A stretch of DNA of 64,000 nt from Octopus bimaculoides (GCF_001194135.2 NC_068982.1:104979060-105043059); one strand, 5' to 3'; positions 49,877 to 63,059 are shown, counted from the first letter of the stretch. Notes: generated by a model not told the origin, from the letters alone. Program-made: numbers and translations.

Positions 49877-52800
49877 TGGGATTCCACAATTTCTGTCTAG
49901 ACTTATTTAAAGAATCACACAGTGGGATTGGATCTGGGACCATGCAACTGCTAAGAACTTCTTAACCATGTGACTATGATAATGCCCACACATACACATG
50001 ATGCTTTCTCTCAATCTGCTATCATGTGTCCTTATGTCCAACATGTCCTGTTATAACCCAATAAATGACAATTGTATCTTTTGTTTTCCAGGGACTTTTT
50101 CATAATGAAATAGAATGAAATATACAAAAACACAGAGAAACACTGTTTCTGATGGTTCAAAGAAAAATTGTTCAATATTTCTATAAACACACAAAAGCAT
50201 ATATAAATACACAAATGCAGAGTAAAGATATGTTTTATTTGCAGTTGAGAATGTTGTTAAGTTTATTTTATTTCATCTATCAGTTGCTAGAACAGCTAGG
50301 GAAGGAATGAGTTTGTTCATTGTTATAATGTGGTAGTTGCTATGAGAGTCAATATGAGTTTTAACTTAAAGTGAGGGATAAAGAGGAGGTTTATTTTGGG
50401 GCTACTGTGCAGACTGCGAGTTCAGAGACATTTGGCTGCTATTTTCAGTCATCACCCTCAGATGTATTTAGCATCTCTGACTTAAGGATAACTTTATGAG
50501 TCTTGGAGGCCCTGAAATGGATATGGAGCAACTGATCTTTTGCCTAAAGCATGTACAAAAAAAAAGAAAGATAAAAAGCTAGTCACATGATCATGTAGAG
50601 GCTTCCTCATTGTATTTAGTTTCTATCTTTTTTTTTTTTTGTATGTGTTGAAGGAAGGGAAGTGTGGCATATAGCATTTGGGAGAACAAGGATTTCAAAT
50701 CAAAGAGCTAGATAACACAACTGACTGAGATTAATATGTTGTTTGATTAAAGACTGAAGTACTGCAAAAACATACAAGGTCTACAGAGTGGTGGTTCTTG
50801 AAATGAAAAGAAACAGCATGATTGGCAACAAGCAGAGAGGTGAGCTACAACAGATGACTTCAACCTGTCAGACAATTTTGAAGAACACGCTTAATATAAT
50901 AGCAGAGAGACAGAGTGAAGAAAACACTTTGAAGGACAGGAACTAGAGCTTTCCTGTAAAGAAGGATTCAAGGAAGCAGACTAGGATGCTGGTAGACAAA
51001 AGGGGTTTGCCATACCAGTATGAGAATAATTATTTCACAGTTGGGTGCATCTGGGACTTACACAGAACGAACAGATGTTCAGTGTTTCTTTGCTTTAAAG
51101 AGAAAACCAAAGCTTCCTTCATGTGGTTCTGGAAGTATAGAGAATATAAGACTTCCAGAAGAGACTACAGATGGCGAATTTTTACATGTGAAATGTAGGG
51201 AATCTTTTCTAAGTTAGTAGTTATAGGTATCTTTCAAGAGAAACAGAAGTATTGAGCCAGCTGGAAAAACACTTGTTCAAAATATTTACATACAAATACA
51301 AAATAAAAATGAAGAAAAAAACTACTCCACCCATGCTGACATAGGAAGAAATATACATAAAACAGCAAGGAAAAAAAAAAGTTAATGGTTTTTTTCAACT
51401 CCAAGAAACAAAGGACAGTGCAGCTTATCAAAGAGTGTTGTAAACCGGTAGGAGTTATGAAACCGAGATAGCTGGATGAAGTGAGTCCAGTTTTGGGTGG
51501 AATCGTTTATAGTCAGTCGTTCATGGTTATGTTTTAAGCTTTAAGAAAGAAAAAAAAAAAACGGTACATGACAGAAAAGGCGGGAGCAAAATTTTGTTAA
51601 CATTAAGGGGCCCAAAATAATGTAATGTTTTTAATATATGTGCAGACCCTTTCTTCGTAGGGTTTGATTTAAAAAAAAAATATTAGCCACAATGTTTCTT
51701 TTCATGGTGGAGTTTTGGAATAGCTGTCCCTTGAACTCTCATAATTCGGGGGACATGGGAAAGGAAAAAGACACAAGTAGGGAGAGAAGTGCAAATGTAA
51801 ACAAATTGATATTTTGGGAGACGTTTTTTCAGAATCGCAATTTCCGTTGAATGAAACACTGGGAAACTATAACACTAAGGAAAACCTACCCTTTTCTTTT
51901 CCAGTAAGGAATAGAACTTTTCCAGAGTTCCGCCGAAAGTTGGTGGGAAAAAAACATCGCAGGATTTTAATTTTAGGGAACGCGATACCGTTAAATTGTT
52001 ACGTAAATAGTGGTTTTTAAAGAAACCGTTTCTGGAATATCACAACAGAAGAGAAATAGAATGATTTATGGTCCAATGATAACAAGTGCATAACATGGAT
52101 ACCAAGATAAGAAACTAGATAAGTAGTTTTGGTACCATTAATTTATAAACATTGTGGGGTCAGCGTTTATGTTGTCGCTCGAACTGTTTGAAGTAGCAGC
52201 CAAATAGCTCTCAAAATCACACCCGTCCGTCTTAAAAAAGGAAGGACACATCGGATAATACAAGTACAAGATTCATTATTACTCGTAGGGGGAAGAAAAA
52301 CAAGATGGTCACAGCCGGAATGCCACTGATCAAAGGCGTGCTCGATCACATTGTGGGGTTTGTTAGAAGTATAGGCCAGTCGAATTATTGAAGAGTTAAG
52401 AACATTATCAAATGGCACAAGGCCACATACTGAGGGGGTGGAGTCTATTGTTTAATTCACCCAGGTAATTTGACGGATACTTCTTCAACTCAGGGAGGAA
52501 AAGCTAGGTCAACCTTGGTGAGATTTGAACCCAAAACGTAAAATGAGTCCAACTATCCGCTGCTGCTCTTAATATTTATTTACCAATATATTATACTGTT
52601 TTGTTATTCAAACTTACCCTCTCCAAGATCGATAAAATAAGCGACAGATTCATTAGATAAAAAGACACACACACACAATCAATATAACTTACGTGTAACA
52701 CCAACATTCAGGAAGCCTCTACGAGGTCGCTCGTTTTGTAAGAAATAGCAGCTCAATCTCTCTCAAACCACACCTTAATGCCTTGAAAGAACAGGACACA

Positions 52801-54094
52801 TTGGATATTGTCGTCCGGCGTGCACAGTGACAGAAAACATGGCATGAACATGACTGAAATGCCTTACAATAACTATCATCATAAACTTGGAGTTAAACAA
52901 CGATAAACATGATTTCAGTAACACTACAAAACATACGAGCCATCGACGGATCCATTCTACATGGTTATCGGCCTGCTCGAAACAGCAGCCAAATTTGTCA
53001 CAAGCTCCCACTCCGTAACATCTTTAAAAAAAAAGACACATTAAAAATAGTGCTATAAACCACTAGAAGGACCAGATGGTCATGACCGGTACGTATTCGA
53101 TAATAGGGCTGCTTGGTTAGAGTTTGGCTTGGAGCTTAAACAAGAACAAGTCACATATTTATAAGACAACAAAAGTCCATGTGACTACTTGTTCTATGTA
53201 AGCAGCCGAAATCTCTAACCAAGTTCCAACTGCCTTTAGAAAGAAATTCTCATATCTTAAACCCACCAATGTTTCGTTCGCTCGATTGTGTGTCGAGGGC
53301 TTTAGTGCAGCAGAAACAACCAGGTTACTTCGTAACAACAACACAACACCCACATTATAACAGCAAATCATACCCTACTATCTCACTCTCTTCATACAAC
53401 ACTGTGAGAATGTAAGAAGACGGGTTTAAAGTTTTGATATATTTATATCAATTACCACGAGGATCGTATGTCATTGAAAGTCATTAAATAAATTTATGGC
53501 ATGAAACTCACAGTCATAAAAAGTATACTAAGTTTATGTGTAAATCATGGTAAAAAAAAAAAAATAGTTGTAGGGATAATCTCTCTCGGAAGAGCATAGT
53601 CTGCTGCTAATAATGATTTTTAACATGAGAACAAATCCACACATCGAAATTTTTCTCAATGAATTCAAGGGTAAATTTTTTTAAGGGATATCGATCGCTA
53701 AACGGACGAAAAAAGGACAGTAAATATTTTAACAGTATTCGAACCAGAAATGCACAGCCGCAGCTAAAGCCAGTTTAATCAAATACCCGAACTATTTGTA
53801 CCAACTCGAATGATAATAAATGTGATGAAAATCCTCAAAAGTTGAAAATGTGTGAGAAAAAATACGAGAAGAAACAAGATTTCATAACAGATAATAATAA
53901 AAAAATATCTAATATACACGAAATATTTTAAAGTTGAAAAATTATGAGAAAAAGAATAAAACATTAAATTCTTCAAATCTGGTAACACAAGTTTTCTTGT
54001 TTGTTTTGACAATTGACTAAAACAGATGTTTTTGTTTTTTAAGAGAAAACTTTTTCATGCAATAAAAATACATTATAAAGAAAAAATAACTCAC

Positions 54095-54122
54095 CAAGCA
54101 TAAAATATAAAGAAGTATTCAT
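54095..54122 (-). CDS. Speculative first coding segment of a minus-strand host gene (MNTSLYFML, phase-1 donor)
   Basis: ATG at 54122-54120 followed by TTG|GTGAGT donor (GT at 54094-54093), about 600 bp downstream of the promoter-like patch; no homology support. Confidence 0.15.
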
Positions 54123-54599
54123 TAAATATACTTCTATTTATGTATGTATATAATATATAAGAAAAGTTGTTTTTCTTTCCTTTAATAAGAGATTACTTGC
54201 TTTATCGTTGGAGTGTTGTAATGTAAGTTAGTACCACCAACGAAGAGTGGATAGCAGTGTGAAGTATGTGTTTGGCTGATATAGTCCCAGGATACGAACT
54301 GACAAGGTAAAGTGTCCCTTTATGGGGTACTTTTAGTTTACTACTACTATTTTCGTTCTTTTTCTCCTTTTTGTTCTTGTCTAACTGACCCACTTCAAGT
54401 CGAGCCAACAGTATCATGAACACAGCAGAAATTGCACTAACAAGGCTATCGGGTACTTGTGTAGTGTGTATAAATGTATGAACGTGTATCTGTGTATATA
54501 AAAGAGTATACACTTTAGCATGTGAGATATATATGATTGTGTGTATGCCAGGAGGTGGGTTGTGTATGTGTGGAAAGATTAGAGGCCAAGTAAAGGCTA

Positions 54600-54800
54600 G
54601 AAAAGTGGTAGGAGGGTCGTTTGCACAGTTGTCAGTTTTTTCCTTTCCCACTGCCTGTTCATTGTGTGGAGAGGAGTGATTAAAAGAGAGTAAAGTGGGG
54701 CGGAGGCTTACGAGTGGTGGCGGTGGGTTGCTTTGGCGAGGCGGGCGGATCGGAACGAGGAGAGGGAGAGAGATCTCTAGTCTTAAATGCATCTGTCTAT
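54600..54800. promoter_or_regulatory. Promoter-like GC/CpG-rich unique patch with GC boxes
   Basis: ggggcggagg (54697-54706), gggcgg (54743-54748); the most GC-rich non-repeat sequence I saw; lies in the CpG-retaining domain. Confidence 0.5.
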
Positions 54801-55752
54801 TTTGCTCACGATTAAAGCTACATTAAACAACACTGACTGAAAAGAAAACATCTTTTCCTCACTTTCTATGCAAACTTACACTCCATTTAGCACACACATA
54901 CACATACAAAATGGCAAGAAAGCATTGTAGAATTTTCCAGCTTACTTGATTTATAGTATGTTCAACATTAGATAACTTGATTTCCTACATTGGTTCTTTT
55001 TTTATTTCATGAAGTGGAAGAGGGAACAGAATTTTGTCATGTTCATATCTATCTAGAATTACCGTTTGTATTTGTTGTTTGGCTCCAGGTTAGCCCTGAT
55101 CAAGCTGATCTATGACCAAAGGCGCTCCAGCCGTGACAATACTGCCTCTTTGTAGGTGTATAGTATCTGCGACTTAACATCATCCTATGTACCCTTTTCT
55201 TTGTAAGACAGTAGGATATGATCTGAGGGAGATTCGGCTGCTGTTTCTAAGCATGTGAGTGACTCCGTAAAGGTTCTATTATTGGCTCACGAAATGGAAA
55301 CTCAGCTGTGATTTCCGTCTGACAGTGATCACTATTAAATTAATTCTTATTAGTTCATGAAATCTATGTTGTTATAGCAGCAGATATGATTCTGGTTTCA
55401 GTCATTGACAATTTTGTTTATATAAATAACCAACACCATTCAGCGATAAATTCAGTATGTGCTGAAATACTCAAGGTAGAACTGAGTATAAAGACTCATA
55501 AAATTAACGTTAACATCGCAATGTAATTTATTTCAATCACTGTAAAGCTTCTAGATAAATACTGAGTTTCGGACAAAGTACAACCCTATAACTTTTTAAA
55601 GAAAGTTTTTTTTTTTTGGTTTTCTACGGTTTAAACATAGGAAATTAAGATTATGAAAAAAAAAAAAAAAAGATAAATAAAACAAAAATAAAAAATAAAG
55701 TCACAAATTCACTTTTCTCAATCTCTGTTCGTTTAACTCAATCCCCAACCCC

Positions 55753-55757
55753 AATCC

Positions 55758-55794
<37 letters not shown>

Positions 55795-55810
55795 GCAGCA
55801 GCAGCAGCAA
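55753..55810. repeat. (CAA)n(CAG)n trinucleotide repeat, followed by a SINE family D remnant (55860-55980)
   Basis: Direct reading; no surrounding coding frame. Confidence 0.9.
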
Positions 55811-57599
55811 AGTGAAAGTAAAAGTTAAAGAAATCATCGTCATCATCATTATTAAACGCCGCCGAAGTCGACGTTGTCCTTTCTGGGTGGATAAAATAAC
55901 GTTAAGCGCTGGGGTCAATGTAATCGATTAGCCCGCCTCCTCAAAATAACTACTGGCTTTTGTGCCTAAATTAAAAAGGAAAAACTACTATTATTGTTTG
56001 TAGAATCGTAGTCTTGTATGTTCAAAACAATTCTGCGATTACAGCAGAAGTCTGGCAACAGTTCTGCTGTAATTTCAGAATTGTTATAATTTCGGTTCCT
56101 TCTGGTATAAGTTAGTCTGTTGTATAAAATGTTGCCTGAAAAGTCTACCCCTCCCCCGTTATTGATGTTGTCGAAACTGCTCGACTAACTCTCGATATAG
56201 ATCTATTTTTACTAGCGATCATAGTTTATTTTAATGTTCATTTCTTTCTTAGACCCTCTTTTATGTGAAGAATTGCAATATATTTTCCCTTTGCTTCAAT
56301 AAAATCATACACAGCTGATGAATCAATGCAAAATGTCTCACACAGTTTTCACACCGAAACACTACAGGCTATTTCCCACCACTTTTCCATATTTCTGTAT
56401 CGATATGGTCCTACGTTTATCGTTTATATCAATATCACGAACACTTGCACTCTTTACACGGTTAGCACGTAGAGAGTCAATCAATTCGTTCCTACCATTA
56501 TTGCCGTTCTCGCCCACACTTTGAAGAATTTCAACCTCCCCTTGAATGAATACATGGAGAGGACAGATTCCTCAACTCTTTCATCTTATATACCACATCC
56601 CTCTAGTAGTGGCTTCCAGAAAGATAAAGAAAAAAGCCAATCGGAGTTGGAGTAACTTTGCTGCTAAAAGATCTATTAGTAAGAACAGGACGAAGGCAAA
56701 GAAAACATTTCTTGGTGCTGCTTATCAGACCAGCTTAATTATTTGCCATATAGTGCTTGTACTAAATATTCCGAACTGATAATGCCTTTCTTTCCAAGGC
56801 AGCCAATGGTTTTACTTTGAAAATTATCCATTGTCTTCGATTTTAAAGTTGTTACATTAAGATATTGCAGTTCTCTTAGTGCAGCTTGCAGTATATTGTT
56901 ACTTATAATTTCCATTACCTCTTTAAAAATTGGCTGTGCAGCTCTCCTGGTGGAAGAAATGACCAACTGATAACACCTCAAGACAAAAATCTACAGTAGT
57001 TTATATTGTGTCTGGTAGCATGCTCTAGAGTGCAGTCCTATACCCACTTTCTGATTATATGAATTTCGGTAATCATATTGTGGGTAGTGTCTCTTGCTTC
57101 CTTCTCAGTGCTGATCTCTAGCTTTCAGATCTCAGAACTGCACTGTCTCTCATTAAGATCCTCTGATAGCTCTGCTCCTCATTACAATAACCGTAGTGAA
57201 AAAAAGGATTTTGCGTTTTAAAAATGCATTCCCATTGATGATTAGGCTTGGATTCTATCTTGAATGATAATAGTCTGGCACGTGATGTAGCTGCAGATAA
57301 AAGAATTGAACGATTAGTCGTGCTTACATATGATATAGCGGCCATCCATATTTATCTATCGCAGGTGAATCAAGGGTGGAGGGGAAAATGTTTTCTTTTT
57401 GTATTAAATTTGCATGTATTATGAAGACTAATGGAAAGTAGGCAGGTAATTAGTCAGTTTTATGAATTGTTGAATTTTATTTCGGACGGGAATTGCTACT
57501 TTATTTTAGTTCATTAATTAATTCTTTCAGATCTGAGTTATTTGTTTATACAGGGGAAAATAAAAAGTTCATGATTTACTAATACAGTGAATTGATGTC

Positions 57600-59778
57600 G
57601 ATAGCATAATGTATCGCCGTGTCTTTAGCTATACTCACTGGATGTCAATGCGCTACTACCGTGCTGAAAGTGATGATTCTTAATTATAATAAAGTTAGGA
57701 AATTGTTGGATGAAATTGCAAATAAGCATATACAAACAAATAAATGCATAAATTATTGTTTTAGTTCCTCTTGACGACATGGAATAGGTATGTAAGACAT
57801 GTAAGGAAATGTTGAAGAATCAGCCATCTTGTATGACCACTTAATAAAATTGAGATGGATAAGTGATTTAGATCTTTTAGAGTGGTTCAAAGAAGCTGGG
57901 ACAAAAAGCTAAGCAACGATATACAAAATAAATTGACTGTTCTACAATGACTGACATCGTCACGAGAGATTTACTTGAAGTAGGCATAAGTCGTTCTTCA
58001 ATTATTGCTGACGAATATGCCGATGAATCCAATAAAGAACAATTTACTTAATGTATTCGTTGGGTCGACAAATGCTCAGTGGACAATAAAGAATTCCTGA
58101 ATTTCATTTGCTTGTCAGACAAAATCTTCTACAATATTTTTCATCTATCATAGATGCGTTCACAAGATTGTATCTACGTTTATGAAACTGTAGCGGAGTA
58201 TGCTTTTCAGGGAGCAAGTATCATGATTGGGATAAAATCTGGAGTGGCCAAGTGATTGGAAAAACGTCAACTGAAGGCTTTAGCAATATTGTCAAGCACA
58301 TTCTTTGAGTGTGAATGAGACTACAGGTCAATGCACGATAATATCTGACTTGATGAGTAGCAGCAAAAAGATTGTTGCTGTAACTAAGTATTCACCAAAG
58401 AGGAAGAATTTACTTGGTGAATTGGAGGAAAAAAGAAAAAAAAACGAAAAAAAAAAAAAACGAAGGAATCTGAAGGAAAGTTGATGCACAGTTATAACTT
58501 AACTCTGAGTACTAGATGGACATTATACAACTGCTTGCTTTCAAAGGATCTTTTTATATACTTATTCCAGTCATATTCAAGTGTTGGCAAGAATGTGTAT
58601 GGTCACAAATAAATGTTGATGTTCAGAGTCATCAAATTGAATATTAAGCTCAAATGGAAACGTTTAATCTCTCTTTTGGACTAAATCACAGCCAGCTTTT
58701 GTACTTGAATACAAGAAATTTATCAAAGTCATTACGAGCGCTAAGATGTTGCAAACAGATGGACAGAGGGTGGATGAAATTACTAAAGTTTTACCGACAT
58801 CTCGTCCAGGAGGGTTATATACGCCACAGAAGCTGGGGAACCGGTTTTATGAGCTTATGGCTCGGGAAGGACCTTTTCTCCTAACAATATTGCGCGAAGA
58901 TAGGGACACGCCATTTTATTTCAGGACCTGTTATTACTACAGAAACTAAAGATCAGTAGAAAAATTTAAAGAAGAAAGAGGAACGGTCGACAACACCTTC
59001 CTTAATTCCTATTCTGTCGACAGCACAAGATATTTTGCTGCCATAGCTACAATAACCTGTTCATTCAACCAACACTTTGATCAGCTGAGTTAAAAGGTAT
59101 ATTCAAGACTAGAGGCAATTTTTCTCAAGGCGATCAAGAGAACATCTCGTTAGAAATCCCTTTTATTAAGGCAAAGTACATTGATGACAAGCACATTAAT
59201 TCTTTATAGCCCAACTTCTGGTTTTTGAAGTTTCAATGCGAAAGTCCTTTGTTTGTTGTTTGACTGACATTATAGATCATCTGAATGGAAAAAATTCCAG
59301 CCCATGGCAAACATTTAATTTCAGAGATTTGTACAGTTTGCCAACCTTTATTGCAAATCCTGCAACATTTGCAACGGCTGAATGAAGACTTTCTCTAGAA
59401 AAAAACCGATTAAAGACGTCTTCAGTCAAGAATGACACAAGAGAAATTATATTTTCTGGGAAAACTTCTTCATCACAAAGAATCGACAGCCAAAATAAAT
59501 TCTGAAAGCAGCTGCAACAGGATTTGCTTTCCGAAATGTACTTACCAAATAGGCCAAATAATTTCGGCAGATTTTGACTGTTATCACTTTTAGAATGTAA
59601 TCTTATAACTGATAGTTTACTACACATACATTACAAATTTTAACCAACGCTTTCCAAACCTCACAGTAAAAAATAATACAAGTTATGGTCTCAGAAAAAT
59701 CATGTATATTTTTCGTCCCAAACGTTTTGTCTTTTGAGGATGTACTATTTATCTTATTAGCCTCTCTCCTCTCTCTCT

Positions 59779-59856
<78 letters not shown>

Positions 59857-59912
59857 CACATATCTGAACATGGATTTCGGTGCCTAAACTAAGACCCAAT
59901 TGCTAGCCACTG
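57600..59912 (+). mobile_element. Decayed hAT transposon, ZMYM1/P52rIPK-like transposase
   Basis: LSNDIQN, SIIADEYADESNKEQFT*CIRWVD, QGASIMIGIKSGVA, KYSPKRKNLLGE, LSTRWT, QMETFNLSFGL, IANPATFATAE (hAT dimerisation motif); possible right TIR gctagccactg ending at 59912. Confidence 0.9.
59760..59860. repeat. (CT)n(CA)n microsatellite
   Basis: Direct reading. Confidence 0.95.
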
Positions 59913-60769
59913 CTTCCCAAGTACCAATTGTAATTTTGCTCTTGAAGATATTTAAACCTTTTTAATTTAGAAAGAAATGAAAATATTGCTAATTATCACA
60001 TTTTTAAGAGAGAAAGAAGTCAACAACTGTTCTCCCCGTATGTTTTTGCCCTATTGATGTATTATTGCATAACACCAGATTACAAGAGAAAGGCGAAGTG
60101 CTTATATATAGCTTCAAGCTTCCACAACTCTGTTTAGCCTCAGCTGATTAAAGATAACAATTTCTCCTTTCTGCATTCAATATTGTTTTCATATTTATTC
60201 TCTTAATCATTGTGAACTGAGTAGACATATATAACCAAAGGTGTTACAGCTATGGCCAGCTCATTCTTCTCTCGGTTATTGCGTATCTAGGACTAAAATT
60301 ATCCAATGTGACCTATTCTGTTTTGGAGAATAGGGTGTTATTCGAAGGAAATTTAGCTGTTATGTTTAGCTGGTGGAGCCCTACACTTAGGTTCTCTCAT
60401 TGCTGTTAGTGATGTTGTCTCAGCTCTTATTGTTGCAACTGCTGTTGTCGTAGTAGTTGATTCTATACCAGCTGTTGTTCATCTCGCTCTTATCGCTGCT
60501 GCTGTTTATATTTATGTAAGCTGTCGGTGTTGTCGCTGTTATTGCTGAAGACGTTGCCTTTTCTACAGTGTTGTATTTCAGTCCACAATCTACAGTTTTT
60601 TTTTTCTGTCGCACACACAGACATACATATACACCGTTATGTCACGTCACACTTCGAAACATTATATGCATTTTGCAATCTGAGAACGGGAGAGAGCTAC
60701 AAAATATCTCATGAACAAATACAACAGTAAGGCCATCAAACTTCTATAATACGACAGAAAAAGTCGATT

Positions 60770-61424
60770 ATTATTGTCATATTATTGTTAAAGATATAAC
60801 ACGTGATCAGCAGCTACCCCAAAATATTAAGGTACTATCTCACGGTGTGGCATGATGTTGCTTTTAAAACTATGAACAATGCCATCCGTAAGAAAGACTA
60901 TTCTGAGATAAATAAAAGGATATTCCGGTAATCGAATACATAAATACGCATCAAAACAAAGAATATTGGTGAAATATACCCATCAAAACTCCCACCAAGT
61001 ACAAAATTAATAGGCCTGATATACTTGTTTGAAACAAGAAAGAAAAACAAATGTACAGTAATAGAAGTCAGCTGCCCTGCAGATGTGAACATTTCTTTCC
61101 AAATCAGTGAGAAAGTGAATATTTGGGGTGACTACTTCGAAACTTATATCTTCTCTATCAAGAATATTTATATTCCACATTTATAGCTAAAATCGTTGGT
61201 ACTCACTGTCTAAACGGCAATCTCATAAAGCTAGCGTTTTCAGACAAAGAAAGTGACCAGCTTAATAGATGCTTCAGAAATATAATCTGTAAGCGGAACA
61301 ATACAAATACTTAGAGCTTTTAAAAGTTTAATATGGAACACACATAGCTTCTATTATCCAAATTTCAACGTTAGCGCTTTGCTTCATTGTTAGAAACCAA
61401 CTCCTTACGTATAGGAAGCATTCA
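60770..61424 (+). mobile_element. R4/Dong-like non-LTR 3' end (CCHC finger plus RLE), with (TAA)n tail
   Basis: DITRDQQLP/HVISS-type zinc-knuckle remnant and cggtgtggcatgat (RHD-type), then KINRPDILV*NKKE..CTVIEVSCPADVNI (PD..D/ExK-type); followed by (AAT)n at 61425-61487. Confidence 0.8.
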
Positions 61425-61487
<63 letters not shown>

Positions 61488-61489
61488 TG

Positions 61490-61957
61490 ATTCTTGTTTT
61501 ATTGGCCACCAGGGCTAATATAAATTAAAAACATGTAAGGACAAAGACAGGACGAAGGTTACAAAGGGTTTTGTCCGAAAAGAAAACGTTCGTGTAAACA
61601 ATGAAAAACAGAGAAAGATATAACAAATAAAACTCCCAATGGGGAAGGCGTTTAAAAGGTTACACGTGGAAAAACCCATAAAAGTCACGGGAGCCTGGTC
61701 AGGAGGGGTGGAGAGCCCCTTCTCCTTTTATATTACCTATTACCTTTTACAGGTGTATCCTCAGAATTGGTCCGTTCATACTGGCCAGTCTTCCAACAGT
61801 CACCCATCTTTCAACGAATTTGCTATGAGACAGCACTTCCCTCTCTACTCTCATCTTCCTATTCAAGTGGAACTTGAAAAAGTTGATGAGGCCTTGGCCA
61901 AAGAGGAAAGTGTCTGACTTTAGCCCTTTCAAACGGGTCCACCATACCACCTCTTTC
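61490..61957 (-). mobile_element. L1/Tx1-like LINE 3' end
   Basis: KEVVWWTRLKGLKSDTFLFGQGLINFFKFHLNRKMRVEREVLSHSKFVERWV...IHL* resembles Tx1-clade ORF2 C-termini; 3' UTR ends with aataaaacaagaatcaa at the (TTA)n tract. Confidence 0.7.
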
Positions 61958-62730
61958 NNNNNNNNNNNNNNNNNNNNNNNNNNNNNNNNNNNNNNNNNNN
62001 NNNNNNNNNNNNNNNNNNNNNNNNNNNNNNNNNNNNNNNNNNNNNNNNNNNNNNNNNNNNNNNNNNNNNNNNNNNNNNNNNNNNNNNNNNNNNNNNNNNN
62101 NNNNNNNNNNNNNNNNNNNNNNNNNNNNNNNNNNNNNNNNNNNNNNNNNNNNNNNNNNNNNNNNNNNNNNNNNNNNNNNNNNNNNNNNNNNNNNNNNNNN
62201 NNNNNNNNNNNNNNNNNNNNNNNNNNNNNNNNNNNNNNNNNNNNNNNNNNNNNNNNNNNNNNNNNNNNNNNNNNNNNNNNNNNNNNNNNNNNNNNNNNNN
62301 NNNNNNNNNNNNNNNNNNNNNNNNNNNNNNNNNNNNNNNNNNNNNNNNNNNNNNNNNNNNNNNNNNNNNNNNNNNNNNNNNNNNNNNNNNNNNNNNNNNN
62401 NNNNNNNNNNNNNNNNNNNNNNNNNNNNNNNNNNNNNNNNNNNNNNNNNNNNNNNNNNNNNNNNNNNNNNNNNNNNNNNNNNNNNNNNNNNNNNNNNNNN
62501 NNNNNNNNNNNNNNNNNNNNNNNNNNNNNNNNNNNNNNNNNNNNNNNNNNNNNNNNNNNNNNNNNNNNNNNNNNNNNNNNNNNNNNNNNNNNNNNNNNNN
62601 NNNNNNNNNNNNNNNNNNNNNNNNNNNNNNNNNNNNNNNNNNNNNNNNNNNNNNNNNNNNNNNNNNNNNNNNNNNNNNNNNNNNNNNNNNNNNNNNNNNN
62701 NNNNNNNNNNNNNNNNNNNNNNNNNNNNNN

Positions 62731-63055
62731 CGATTCCCAGACCGGGCGTTGTGAATGTTTATTGAGCGAAAACACCTAAAGCTCCACGAGGCTCCGGCAG
62801 AGAATGGTGGCGAACCTGCTGTATTCTTCCACCACAACTTTCTCTCACTCTTTCATTCTGTTTCAGTTGTACTTGTATTTCAAATGGCCAGCCTTGTCAC
62901 GCTGTGTCACGCTGAATATCCCCGAGAACTACGTTAAGGGTACACGTATCTGTGGAGTGCTCAGCCACTTGCACGTTAATTTCACGAGCAGGCTGTTCCG
63001 TTGATCGGATCGACTGGAACCCTCGATGTCGTAAGCGACGGAGTGCCAACAACAA
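62731..63055 (+). mobile_element. Young SINE family A (5' end in gap)
   Basis: Matches 18219-18542. Confidence 0.9.
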
Positions 63056-63059
63056 AAGT

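Noticed and set aside
50760-51200. Nearly open plus-strand frame (KVYRVVVL...WFWKYREY)
   Set aside because: Contains a stop, has weak similarity to decayed RTE C-terminal sequence and no convincing splice pair
52608-52660. Strong minus-strand donor GG|GTAAGT near the promoter region
   Set aside because: Lies in a decayed SINE-D segment (ttattttatcga...), so it is repeat-derived
55753-55810. Possible polyglutamine-coding exon
   Set aside because: No open flanking frame or splice sites, and it abuts a SINE-D remnant
59277-59627. 116-aa minus-strand ORF
   Set aside because: Antisense shadow of the hAT dimerisation domain on the plus strand
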